Both the position numbers and the translations under genes were made by a program. Shown piece after piece: positions 8,378 through 17,726 of a stretch of DNA of 64,000 nt. Source of the stretch: an uncultured Actinomycetes bacterium (GTDB lineage Bacteria; Actinomycetota; Thermoleophilia; Gaiellales; Gaiellaceae); the NCBI GenBank assembly GCA_963802375.1, contig CAWDIJ010000005.1, forward strand, positions 280,787-344,786, in the 5' to 3' direction. Numbering within the stretch: the stretch's first letter is position 1; every line of letters starts with the position of its first letter. The notes beneath the pieces are model-generated. The model worked only from the letters and a program-made list of their open reading frames with translations. It was not told the DNA's origin and did not search any database.

Positions 8378-8820
8378 ATCTCCTCCTTCGCCTTCTCCAG
8401 CAAGCGCACTTCCCGAACGACCATCGAGTCGTCGACCGCCTTCGCCATGTCGTAGATCGTGAGCGCCGCGATCGAGGCAGCAACGAGCGCCTCCATCTCG
8501 ACACCGGTCTGCGCCGTCGTCGCCACCGTAGCCGTGACGTCCGCTCCGTTCTCTAAAATGGCAACATGCACGTCGATCGAAGTGAGCGGCAACGGGTGGC
8601 AGAGGGGGATCAGGTCGCTTGTCCGCTTCGCGGCCATGACGCCGGCCAGCTTCGCCGTTGTCAGCGCGTCGCCCTTGGGCAGCTCGCCGAGCCGAGCGGC
8701 GGTCTCGGGCCGCATCTCGACGAGAGCCCGCGCTCGCGCGCGCCGCCGTGAGAGTGGCTTGCCGCCGACATCCACCATCCGGACTCCACCCGCCTCGTCG
8801 ATGTGCGAGAAGTCCGTCAC
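8374..8820 (-). CDS. moaC: cyclic pyranopterin monophosphate synthase
   Basis: VTDFSHIDEAGGVRMVDVGGK...IPLCHPLPL...TGVEMEAL...TIYDM. GTG at 8820 overlaps the otsA stop (GTGA). Confidence 0.9.
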   Translation of the reverse strand: MTDFSHIDEAGGVRMVDVGGKPLSRRRARARALVEMRPETAARLGELPKGDALTTAKLAGVMAAKRTSDLIPLCHPLPLTSIDVHVAILENGADVTATVATTAQTGVEMEALVAASIAALTIYDMAKAVDDSMVVREVRLLEKAKEEI

Positions 8821-10295
8821 GGACGGGCGCTGGCCCGCTCGGCCGCGGCGTCGAGATCCGCGAGCTGGCCCTCGACCCACTCACTGAGGTCGTGCTCGCG
8901 GATGTGTGCGCGGAGCGCTCGACTTCGGGCGGCGCGCTCATCGGCCGGCATCTCGAGCGCTGAGTAGATCGCGTCCGCCTGTCCCGCGATGTCGAACGGG
9001 TTGACCGTCACCGCCCAGTCGCTCAGCTCCTCGTGAGCGCCTGCGTTCTCGGAGAGGATCAGGACGCCGTCCTGCTCGTTCACGAGCGGCGCTTCCTTGG
9101 CGACGAGGTTCAGTCCGTCGAAGATCGCGTTCACGAGCAGGACGTCGTACTGTTTGTAGGCGGCCACAGACCCGAGGAAGTCATCGGCGATCCGCAGATC
9201 GATCGGCGTCCAGCCCTCGGCCTGGAACCGGTCATTGACCACCCGGGCCGTTCGTTGGATGGCGCCGAGATACTCCGCGTACTCGGGAATGTCCTGCCGG
9301 CTCGGGTCGAGCAGCGCGAGCATTCCAACCCGCCCGTGGTACTCGGGGTGGTCGGTCAGGAACCGCTCGAACGCCCGGAATCCGCGCACAACGTTCTTCG
9401 ATGGGTCGGTCCGGTCGACGCGAAGGATCAGGCGCTCGGGTCGCGAAACGGCGAGCGCGGCCTCGAGCTCCCGGACGGCATCGCCGCCGGCGAGCTCGTA
9501 GAACTCGGCCGCATCGACGGAGATCGGACGATTCGTAGCCCACACCCGGCGGCCGTCGTAGTCCGCGGTGCCGTCGAGGAGGTTGCCCTCGGCGCCGACG
9601 ATGTCCATGCACGAGCGGAGAAAGGCGCGGCGCCAGCGCTCCGTGTGAAAGCCGACGACGTCGTTCGCCAGCAGCCCATCGTGCAAGGCACGCCGGATCG
9701 CCTCGGGAAGCACCCGCCAGTAGTCCGGTTCTGGCCACGGGATGTGAACGAAGTGCGACAGCGCCGCGTCGGGCACTCGCGCCCGCACGAACCGGGGCGC
9801 GAGGTACAGGTGGTAGTCGTGGAAGAAGACCGGCGAACCGGGCTCCGCCTCCAACTCGGCGACGACAGCGTCGGCGAAGCCTGCGTTGACGGCGACATAC
9901 CCCTCCTCCCACGCGTGGTGCAGCCCCCGATCGACGTTCGGCGCCTGCGCGAGGTTCCACAGGTAGTGCTGCAGGAACCAGAGGGTGGGGTTCGCGACGA
10001 CGTTGTAGAACCAGTCGTACGCCGTGCGGTCGTGCGAGATGAGCCTCAGCTGGTACGGCGAGCCGTCGCGAGCGGTCTCGTCGATCGCCTCACCGCTCGC
10101 CTCCTCGGCAACCGCCCGATCCTCGTCGGTCATCGCGCTCGCGATCCACGTGACGTCGTGCATGGCGACCAGGCTGCGGAGCGCCGTCACGAGCCCGCCG
10201 CCGCCTCGTCTGGCGACGCGCTGACCGTCCGCATCGCGGTCGAAGGTCACGGGGCCGCGGTTCGAAACGACGATCAACCTTCGTCGAGCGCCCAT
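8817..10295 (-). CDS. otsA: alpha,alpha-trehalose-phosphate synthase (GT20)
   Basis: MGARRRLIVVSNRGPV...FHDYHL...VGFHT...DGLNLVAKE motifs of OtsA. Confidence 0.9.
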   Translation of the reverse strand: MGARRRLIVVSNRGPVTFDRDADGQRVARRGGGGLVTALRSLVAMHDVTWIASAMTDEDRAVAEEASGEAIDETARDGSPYQLRLISHDRTAYDWFYNVVANPTLWFLQHYLWNLAQAPNVDRGLHHAWEEGYVAVNAGFADAVVAELEAEPGSPVFFHDYHLYLAPRFVRARVPDAALSHFVHIPWPEPDYWRVLPEAIRRALHDGLLANDVVGFHTERWRRAFLRSCMDIVGAEGNLLDGTADYDGRRVWATNRPISVDAAEFYELAGGDAVRELEAALAVSRPERLILRVDRTDPSKNVVRGFRAFERFLTDHPEYHGRVGMLALLDPSRQDIPEYAEYLGAIQRTARVVNDRFQAEGWTPIDLRIADDFLGSVAAYKQYDVLLVNAIFDGLNLVAKEAPLVNEQDGVLILSENAGAHEELSDWAVTVNPFDIAGQADAIYSALEMPADERAARSRALRAHIREHDLSEWVEGQLADLDAAAERASARP

Positions 10296-10339
10296 CGCCG
10301 GGACCCTACCCGAGCGGTTTTTTGGCTCAACCGGGCCGC

Positions 10340-11632
10340 TTAGACGGCTTCGGCGGAGACGGTCACCAGCTGGGTCTCGCCCGTGTCGGTGCCGTCGAGC
10401 CTGTTGAAGAGTGCAAGCCAGTCGCGCAGAAGCCTCGGCGTGAGAAAGTGCTGGCGCACGTACTCCTTGCCCCGGACTCCGCGGCGACGAGCCCCTTCAG
10501 GCTCGGCGAGGATCTCCAGGCACGCGGCCGCACACTCCTCGACCGAATCCACGAGCCAGCCGGTCTCGCCGTCCTGGATCTGTGCCGGGATCCCGCCGAC
10601 TCGCCCCGCTACGGTGGGCCGGGCCTTCCAGAGTCCCTCGGTCACTGTCAGGCCGAAGCCCTCCCGGATCGACTTCTGGAGGACCGCCGCCGAATACACC
10701 TGGAACGCATTGACCTCGACGGAGCCGATGTTGTTGAGGTTCGAGAGGATGAAGATGTCAGGGTCGCCGCCCGCGTGCTCGACCGTCTGGTTGTAGAAGT
10801 CCCAGCCTTCGGGGTCGTCGTGTGCCATCGACCCCACCAGCCCGAGCTGCAGACCCGGATGCGACTCGCGCGCGATCCTGAAGGCATCGATCACGCCGAG
10901 CGGGTCCTTCCAGGGATCGAACCGTGACACTTGCGTGAGCAGCGGCCGCTCCACGTCGATCCCGAACTGGTCGACGATGTACGCCGCATCTTCCGCCGAG
11001 AGCGCGATGTTCTTGGGCGCAAGCGGGTCGATCGCCGGCGGCCAGATGTACGCCTCCGGGAGATCGCCCGTCCGCGGGACGTACTGCGGCATGTGGAAGA
11101 TCGCCGCGTCGTAGCGGGCAATCGAGGGGAGCAGCACGCCGAGCACATCCTCGTTCGGCGTGGAAAGGTCGATGTGGCAGCGCCAGATCCAGCGCGCCTC
11201 CGAGCTCGGGAAATGGTCGATCATCGCGACCGGCTGCGGGTCGTGGACGACGACGACGTCGTACTCGGAGTCGTCGAACTCCTTGGCGTTTGCCGCGTTG
11301 TACTGCTGGAAGATCCGCACCTCTTCGCCGGTCAGCCCGAGCGGGCTGCCCTGGAGCGCGTTGTGGATCTTCTTCGTGACGTCGAAGAACTCGTCCTTGC
11401 CCTTGATGATCCGCCAGTCCGTCTCGAGCCCGGCGCTGCGCATCAGCGGGATCAGCGTGTAGTTGATCTCCGCGACTCCGCCGCCGAACGCCGTCGCCGA
11501 GAGGTGGCAGACCCGCTTGCCCTCGAGCGGCCCGGCGAGGCGCTGGATCTCGGCCATCAGGCCACGGCCGCCGATGGTCGCGTAGTCCGAGAGCGGTTTG
11601 GTGCCGACGTTGACGATCGGGAGCATGTTCAA
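10340..11632 (-). CDS. GT4 glycosyltransferase, TreT-like trehalose synthase candidate
   Basis: 430 aa. SATAFGGGVAEI near the N-terminus and a C-terminal GT1/GT4 EGFGLTVTEGLWKARP motif. The architecture and its position beside otsA resemble trehalose glycosyltransferring synthase. Start is TTG 11632 or ATG 11626. Confidence 0.65.
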   Translation of the reverse strand: MNMLPIVNVGTKPLSDYATIGGRGLMAEIQRLAGPLEGKRVCHLSATAFGGGVAEINYTLIPLMRSAGLETDWRIIKGKDEFFDVTKKIHNALQGSPLGLTGEEVRIFQQYNAANAKEFDDSEYDVVVVHDPQPVAMIDHFPSSEARWIWRCHIDLSTPNEDVLGVLLPSIARYDAAIFHMPQYVPRTGDLPEAYIWPPAIDPLAPKNIALSAEDAAYIVDQFGIDVERPLLTQVSRFDPWKDPLGVIDAFRIARESHPGLQLGLVGSMAHDDPEGWDFYNQTVEHAGGDPDIFILSNLNNIGSVEVNAFQVYSAAVLQKSIREGFGLTVTEGLWKARPTVAGRVGGIPAQIQDGETGWLVDSVEECAAACLEILAEPEGARRRGVRGKEYVRQHFLTPRLLRDWLALFNRLDGTDTGETQLVTVSAEAV

Positions 11633-11675
11633 GCGTCCGGAGCTGTGCCGGTGGGTGAGTCTTGCGAGGTGCTGA

Positions 11676-12122
11676 CTATGCCTGGATGAACTTTACGAGC
11701 CTGAGGCGAGATCCCTGCCCGTCATCTCCCGGCCCGAGCTCGAGCTCATCGGCGAGCGCCCGGATGATCGCGATCCCGAGGCCCCCCTCGTTGAGCCCCT
11801 GTTCGTTCAGGACCGCCGGCTCGGGCGCGGAGAACCCCGGGCCGTCGTCGCGCACTTCGACGACGAGGCGGTCGGGATGGAGCTCGTAGACGACCTGGAC
11901 CGAGCCATCGCGGCCGTCGCCATAGGCGTGCCGGATCGAGTTGGAGCAGGCTTCGGTGACTGCGAGCTTGAGGTCGCCGAGCGTCTCGTCGGGAAGCTCA
12001 CGGGACTGGGACAGGCCGCTAAGGGCGAGCCGAACCAGAGTGATGTACTCGGGCTTCGCCGGAATCGTCAACCAGATGGTCGGAGCACCACCGTTGGTCG
12101 CAGGGATTGAGCGGCTCGTCAT
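11676..12122 (-). CDS. anti-sigma factor serine kinase (RsbW/SpoIIAB-like, HATPase_c_2)
   Basis: LAVTEACSNSIRHAY (N box), VRDDGPGF (G1), GGLGIAII (G2). 148 aa. Confidence 0.8.
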   Translation of the reverse strand: MTSRSIPATNGGAPTIWLTIPAKPEYITLVRLALSGLSQSRELPDETLGDLKLAVTEACSNSIRHAYGDGRDGSVQVVYELHPDRLVVEVRDDGPGFSAPEPAVLNEQGLNEGGLGIAIIRALADELELGPGDDGQGSRLRLVKFIQA

Positions 12123-12157
12123 GAATTTCGAAGGCTTTACCAGGTTTACGGAAAGGG

Positions 12158-12201
12158 ATCCCCAACAGTTCCACTATTCCAAACCCGTGAAGAAATCAAA
12201 C
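12158..12201 (-). promoter_or_regulatory. SigB/SigF-type promoter candidates (GTTT-N17-GGGGAT and GTTT-N17-GGAATA)
   Basis: The minus strand reads GTTTgatttcttcacgggtttGGAATA and GTTTggaatagtggaactgttGGGGAT, 36-55 nt upstream of the RsbW-like ATG. This is a motif-level match only. Confidence 0.25.
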
Positions 12202-12208
12202 CCGGGGG

Positions 12209-13432
12209 CTAGTCCTCGACCTGCGGCCGTCTCGGGCGCTCGCCGAGCCGAACAGGGACGACCAGCCGGCGTCCCTGGCGCAGGATCGTGAACGAGACGA
12301 CCTGGCCTGGCGCAAGGCGTTCGCTCACCTCGCGGACGAGGTCGTCTGCGCTCCGGACGTCCTGGGAGCCGATCTTGACGACGACATCGCCGCCGACCCG
12401 AACGTCGAAGCCGTTGAGCTGCCGGCGTTGGCTCCCGCCGCGCAGGCCGGCCTCCTGGCCCGGGCTCTTCGGGACGACGCTGGCGATCACCGCCCCGCGC
12501 TGAACGGGGTACCCGAATCGCTTGGCGATCGTCGGCGTCAGATCCTCCGCGTTGACGCCGACGTACGCGTAGGCGACACGGCCGTCGCGGACGAGCTGCC
12601 GAAACGAGCGCTTGGCGGCGTTGATCGGGATCGCGAAGCCGACGCCCTCGGACTGGCCCGAGTCGCTTCGAATCTGCGCATTGATGCCAATCACTAGGCC
12701 GCGCGCGTCGAAGAGCGGCCCGCCCGAGTTCCCGTGCGTGATCGGGGCGTCCGTCTGGATCGCGTCGCCGACGTTGTAGCCCGACGTCAGCGAGTTGATC
12801 GAACGACGCGTCGCCGAGACGACGCCGACCGAGAGCGAGCTCTCGTTGCCGAACGGACTGCCGAGCGCCGCGACGGGCTCACCGACGACCACACGGGCGG
12901 AGTCGCCGAGCGGCACTGGGTCGAGCGCGTGCGCTGCCGGATCGACCTTGAGGACGCCGACATCGTCGAAGACATCCCACCCGATCACCTTGGCCTCGGC
13001 TCGATCGCCGTCGCGGAAGCCGACGTAGACGCGGTCAGCCGCCTCCGGCTCGCCTGTCTCGTCAGGGCCGGCCGTCGTGACAACGTGCGCGCTCGTGAGG
13101 ATGTAGCCCTCTCGAGAGATGACGAAGCCCGAGCCCTGCGCGGCATGGTCGGCGGGCGCGCGGTCGTCGAAATACGCGTAGATCGTGACAACACCGCCGC
13201 TGCGGGACTGGTAGATCGCAGCCGGGTCGAAGGTGTTCCCTGCAAGAGGCTTGGCCGCGCTATTCGGATTTGCAATCTCCCGCTCGACCGCCAGCGCTCC
13301 GCCCGAGCCGCTGACGAAGACCGTCTCGGTCGCATCGTCCAGCAGGCCCGACTGGTCGGCCGCGACGACGGAGACGAGGCCGCCGACGGCGGCAGCGACG
13401 AGCGCGATGACTGCGAAGGCGGACGGACGCAC
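12209..13432 (-). CDS. HtrA/DegP-family serine protease with PDZ domain
   Basis: N-terminal TM segment, TSAHVV (His), D, THGNSGGPLF (Ser) catalytic motifs and a C-terminal PDZ-like region. GTG start. Confidence 0.9.
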   Translation of the reverse strand: MRPSAFAVIALVAAAVGGLVSVVAADQSGLLDDATETVFVSGSGGALAVEREIANPNSAAKPLAGNTFDPAAIYQSRSGGVVTIYAYFDDRAPADHAAQGSGFVISREGYILTSAHVVTTAGPDETGEPEAADRVYVGFRDGDRAEAKVIGWDVFDDVGVLKVDPAAHALDPVPLGDSARVVVGEPVAALGSPFGNESSLSVGVVSATRRSINSLTSGYNVGDAIQTDAPITHGNSGGPLFDARGLVIGINAQIRSDSGQSEGVGFAIPINAAKRSFRQLVRDGRVAYAYVGVNAEDLTPTIAKRFGYPVQRGAVIASVVPKSPGQEAGLRGGSQRRQLNGFDVRVGGDVVVKIGSQDVRSADDLVREVSERLAPGQVVSFTILRQGRRLVVPVRLGERPRRPQVED

Positions 13433-13599
13433 CGGTTCCGCACTGTAGCCGCGGGGTTTCTATCCGCCGCCTCTGTTTGCACGTGAAAACGTGTGGAGGT
13501 TTGGTGGGATGCCGCTCGTTGCCAGGGTGCGATGCTCGTTCCCAGGCAATGACGCAGGGAGAGCCGTATCGAATGAGATACGGGCGCGACTGAGGACGC

Positions 13600-13660
13600 A
13601 GACCTGGGGGCGAGCAGCGCGGCCTGGCGACACAGCCGTATTCCGCCGAGCCCTCTACTA
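13600..13660 (-). repeat. copy W of the dispersed intergenic element (diverged, longer)
   Basis: Plus-strand text AGACCTGGGGGCG...GCCGTATTCCGCCGAGCCCTCTACTA. The 3' part aligns with copy Y (GGCCGAATTTCCCACCAGCCCTCTA), and its final CTA is the stop codon of the kinase gene. Confidence 0.5.
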
Positions 13661-15080
13661 GCGGACGAGCGCGTGCTCGGGCTCTTCCACCGCGAGCGGG
13701 CTCCGCGGGAGTTTCAACGTGAAAGCGGTGCGGCCGGGACGTGAATCGAGCACGATTTCGCCGCCCATCACGCCTGCAAGCTCCCGTGCAATGGCCAGAC
13801 CGAGGCCCGAACCGGACGAGACCGCCCCGCCGACCCGGTAGAAGCGCTCGAACACGTGCTGCTGGTCGCCGGGAGGAATGCCCGGGCCGGTGTCCTCGAC
13901 GCGCAGCTCGACCCCGTCGTCGGTTTCGGCGGTGTGGAGCCGGATCTCCGTCCCCGGCGGCGTATGGAGAATCGCGTTCTCGACGAGGATTCGTCCGATC
14001 TGGCGAATCCGTTCCTCGTCGGCGAGCGCGAGGGCGCCTGCCTCGCCGTCTGTCTCGAGTGCGTGGTCCCGCCCGCGGCCGACGCCGCCGAACTCCGCTG
14101 CGAGCGACTGCGCGATCTCCCCGAGATCCACCGGGGTCATTTCCACGTGCAAACGACCCGCGTCGAGACGGGAAAGGTCGAGAAGGTCGGTCGCGAGCTT
14201 TGTGAGGCGCTCGACCTGGAGGCGCATCTCGGCGAGGAACTCGCCCCGCGTTTCCTCGTCCATGTCCTCGTCAGTGAGCAGCTCGACGTGGCCTCCGAGG
14301 GCGAAGATCGGCGTTCGCAGCTCGTGGGAGGCGTTGGCGATGAACTCGCGGCGCGCCCGCTCGAGTGTCGCCAGCTGCGCCCGCATGCGGTCGAACGCCC
14401 TGGCCAGCTCCCCGATCTCGTCTGCGCTCGTGTCCACCACCGGCTCGTCGAATCGTCCGCCGGCGATCCGCTCGGCTGCGCGCTCCAGGCGGTGCACACG
14501 CCGCGCGAAGATCCGCGAGAGAAAGAATCCCGACGAGGGCGGCTGCGAGCAGCGCCAAGAGGCCGGCGAAGATAAAACGCTCGCGGACGAGCGAAACCGT
14601 CTCCAGCGTCTCTGGCAGCGGCGTGGACACCTGCAGGACGTACGCGCCTCCGAACGGCACCGCGACCGTCGCGAACTGGGTTCCCTGCCGCGCGACGATG
14701 CCGCTCTGGGTCCGGCGCCGGTCGGCCGCCGCCTGACCGACGGGATTGTCCTCGGACTGCCCGGTCGGCCGTGAGTCCATCAACGGACGCAGCACGACGG
14801 GAGAGCTCGTGTCGTCGAGATACTCGTAAACGACGATCCGCACACCGCGTACCTGGCTTTCCGTCGTGACGAACCCGGGCCAAGTGAACGTCGGCTCGTC
14901 CACTGTCTCCTGGAAGTCGGCGATGACCGCGTCCGCCGTCCGCTCGAGCTGCGCGATCCGGCCGTCGACGAGCCTGTCCTCGAGCGTCGGCACGATCGCG
15001 ACGTAGACGATCGCGAGAGCGCCGGCGACCAGCGCGACGAGCGCGAGGCTGAGCTTGAGCCCGACGGTGCGAAGGCGCAT
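13658..15080 (-). pseudogene. sensor histidine kinase (MprB/MtrB-like), reading frame interrupted by an apparent frameshift near 14517-14525
   Basis: The N-terminal sensor/TM part (ORF 14271..15080) and the HAMP-HisKA-HATPase part (ORF 13658..14497; SHELRTP, ENAILHTP, DTGPGI, GSGLGLAI) are in different frames. The total length of 1423 nt is not a multiple of 3. The frames swap between ...LVGIL and LSRIFARRVHRLE at a CTTTCTCTC tract. Confidence 0.8.
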
Positions 15081-15781
15081 CAGGAATCCCTGAACCGGTA
15101 GCCGGCGCCACGAACTGTGAGGATGAACTCAGGCGCGCTGGCGTCGTGCTCGAGCTTTTCGCGCAGGTGGCGGACGTGGACGTCGATCGTGCGCGGCTCG
15201 CGGTACGCCGAGTCCCCCCAGAGCGCCTCGAGCAGCTGCCGTCGGGTGAAGACCCGCCCAGGATTCGACGCAAGCGTGCGCAGGAGCTCGAACTCGACGT
15301 AGGTGAGCTGCACGGCGTCGCCGCGCACCTCCACCGTTCGCCGGGCCGGATCCACGAGCAGGTCCTCCGCCTCGATCACCTCGCCGTCGCGCCGGTCCTG
15401 CTGCGCGGGCAGGGACGCGCGGCGCAGAAGGGCCCGCACGCGGCTTCGGAACTCGCGGATCGAGAAAGGCTTCGTGATGTAGTCGTCGGCGCCGAGCTCC
15501 AGGCCGAGCACCTTGTCGAGCTCGTCGTCCCGCGCGGTGAGCATGATGATCGGGACGGCGCTCTGGGCGCGCAGGCGCTTGCAGACCTCGAGCCCGTCGA
15601 GCTTGGGCAGCATCAAGTCGAGCACGACGAGGTCGACCGGCTCGGACGAGAACTTCGCGAGCGCCTCCTCGCCGTCCTTGGCCGCAAGAACGCGGTACCC
15701 ATCCCGTTCCAACGGGTACGAGAGGAGCTTCTGGACGGAGTCCTCGTCGTCTACGAGGAGGATTGTGGAGGAGTCGGGCAC
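15080..15781 (-). CDS. OmpR/PhoB-family response regulator (MprA/MtrA-like)
   Basis: LLVDDE...DLVVLDLMLP...K receiver plus a winged-helix output (LTYVEFELLRTL...VRGAGYRF). ATGA overlap with the kinase start. Confidence 0.9.
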   Translation of the reverse strand: MPDSSTILLVDDEDSVQKLLSYPLERDGYRVLAAKDGEEALAKFSSEPVDLVVLDLMLPKLDGLEVCKRLRAQSAVPIIMLTARDDELDKVLGLELGADDYITKPFSIREFRSRVRALLRRASLPAQQDRRDGEVIEAEDLLVDPARRTVEVRGDAVQLTYVEFELLRTLASNPGRVFTRRQLLEALWGDSAYREPRTIDVHVRHLREKLEHDASAPEFILTVRGAGYRFRDS

Positions 15782-15836
15782 GGGCGCATCACCGCCGGGC
15801 GCGCGAGGCCGGGGCCCTCCCTACTATAGCCTCGGC

Positions 15837-17726
15837 ATGCCGCCTTTCCGGCCCCCAACCTCGCGGAGGCGGGCGCGGCACGGCTCTCTCGAGCGCCCGG
15901 TCAACGCCCGCGCCTATCGGGGAACTGCGCTGCTCGTCGCCATACCGCTGCTGATCACGGCGTTCACGATCACGCGGCTCGAGAGCCTGCCTCCTCCGAC
16001 CTTCCCTGCCGCCTTCGACGAGGTCGGCGCGACGCAGTCCGCCCGCGAGCTCGCGACGCAGTTTCCGAACCGGACGCCGGGGTCGCCCACCGCCTCGGAG
16101 GCGGCGAATTGGGTCGCCGAGCGGCTTGCGTCCTTCGGCTTTCGCGTGCAACGAGACCGCTTCGAGGCGCAGGTTCCGGAGCAAGGCCGCGTCGGGCTCG
16201 AGAACGTGATCGCTGTTTCGCCGGGCCGCTCGCCGGACGTGCTCGTGGTCATGGCGCACCGGGACAACCTCGGCGCGACGGGGCAGGGAGCGAACGACAA
16301 CGCGTCGGGCACCGGCGTCCTGCTCGAGCTCGCCCGCGGCTACGGCCTCCGCGTCGCCCCGGCGCCGGGACAGGAGCGTGCGCCCGCCAGTCCGACGCAC
16401 ACGATCGTCCTCGTCTCGACGGACGGTGGCGCGTACGGCGGCATCGGAGCGGCGCGATTCCTCGAGACCTCGCCGTACCGGCGGCGGGTCGCGTCAGCGG
16501 TCAACCTCGTGGCGATCGGGGGAGAGGGCGGTATTCGCCTCGAGCTCGCCGCAGACCGTCCGCGCTCGCCCGACGCGACGCTCGTCGAGACGGCCGCAGC
16601 GCGAATCCTCCAGCGCGCAGGAGCAGAACCGAGGCGCACGAGCGCGGCGGGCCAGCTGATCGACCTCGCCTTCCCCTTCAGCCTGTACGAGCAGGCGCCC
16701 CTGATCGGCGCAGGGATCCCGGCGCTGAGCATCACAACCGCCGGCCCACGCCCGCCGCGGCCCGAGACGGACACACTCGACCGGCTGAGCGACCGGCGCA
16801 TCGGTCAAGTGGGCCGAGCGGCGGAGGCGCTTCTCGGTTCTCTCGACGAGGGCGTCGCGCTCTCCCGGGACACGTCGACCTACATCTACCTCGGAGGACG
16901 GATCGTCCAGGGCTGGGCGGTGAAGCTCGCCCTGATCACGGCGCTTCTGCCGTTCCTGCTTGCGGCGGTCGACCTGTTCGCCCGCTGCCGAAGGCGCCGG
17001 ATCCCGCTTGCGCCGGCGCTCCGGAGCTACAGGACACGACTTGCGTTCTGGCTCTGGATCGGCCTTGCGTTCGGATTCCTCGCACTGATCGGCGCCTGGC
17101 CGCAAGTGGACCGACCGCCGCCGCCGGGCACGAGCCTGGCGGAGGACTGGCCGGTCGTGACGCTGACGATCTTCCTCGTCTTCGCGTTCGTGAGCTGGCT
17201 GGTCAGCCGCGAGCGCCTGCTCCCGCGTCGGGCGGTCTCGGTCGAGGAAGAGCTCGCGGGGCAGACGGCCGCGCTGCTCGTGCTGGCAGTCCTGGCACTC
17301 CTGACGCTGGCGACGAACGCGTTCGCGCTCGTCTTCCTGCTCCCGTCGCTCCACGCCTGGCTCTGGCTGCCTCAGGTTCGGCACGCCGCGGTGTGGCTGC
17401 GGGCAGGCGTCCTCGCAGCGGGTTTCCTGGGCCCGGCGATCTTGATTGCGTCGTTCGCGTGGCGCTTCGAGCTCGGCTTCGACGCGCCGTGGTACGTGCT
17501 CGAGCTCGTGGCGATCGGCTGGGTGCCGCTGCCCGCGATCGTGATCGCACTCGGCTGGTGCGCGGCCGCGGGCCAGCTGGCGGCCCTGGCGGCCGGACGA
17601 TACGCGCCGTACCCGGAAGCGCGTGAGCGCCCGCCCCGCGGGCCGCTCCGGCAGCTGATCGGCCGCCTTCTCGGCCTGGCGCTCGGCCGCCGGGTGGCCG
17701 AGCCTAGGCGAGCCGTAGGTAGCTGA
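15837..17726 (+). CDS. M28-family metallopeptidase fused to a polytopic membrane domain
   Basis: ATG at 15837. VVMAHRDN and GANDNASGTGVLLELAR zinc-ligand motifs, followed by roughly 8 hydrophobic segments. The upstream part of the track ORF is antisense to the response regulator. Confidence 0.75.
   Translation: MPPFRPPTSRRRARHGSLERPVNARAYRGTALLVAIPLLITAFTITRLESLPPPTFPAAFDEVGATQSARELATQFPNRTPGSPTASEAANWVAERLASFGFRVQRDRFEAQVPEQGRVGLENVIAVSPGRSPDVLVVMAHRDNLGATGQGANDNASGTGVLLELARGYGLRVAPAPGQERAPASPTHTIVLVSTDGGAYGGIGAARFLETSPYRRRVASAVNLVAIGGEGGIRLELAADRPRSPDATLVETAAARILQRAGAEPRRTSAAGQLIDLAFPFSLYEQAPLIGAGIPALSITTAGPRPPRPETDTLDRLSDRRIGQVGRAAEALLGSLDEGVALSRDTSTYIYLGGRIVQGWAVKLALITALLPFLLAAVDLFARCRRRRIPLAPALRSYRTRLAFWLWIGLAFGFLALIGAWPQVDRPPPPGTSLAEDWPVVTLTIFLVFAFVSWLVSRERLLPRRAVSVEEELAGQTAALLVLAVLALLTLATNAFALVFLLPSLHAWLWLPQVRHAAVWLRAGVLAAGFLGPAILIASFAWRFELGFDAPWYVLELVAIGWVPLPAIVIALGWCAAAGQLAALAAGRYAPYPEARERPPRGPLRQLIGRLLGLALGRRVAEPRRAVGS

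Noticed and set aside
13476-13493. parS-like sequence TGTTTGCACGTGAAAACG, plus other CACGTG-centred sites (for example 14146-14160 and 35417-35430).
   Set aside because: Compared with the 16-mer TGTTTCACGTGAAACA, each needs indels or several mismatches and none is a clean palindrome. I could not find a convincing parS in the window.
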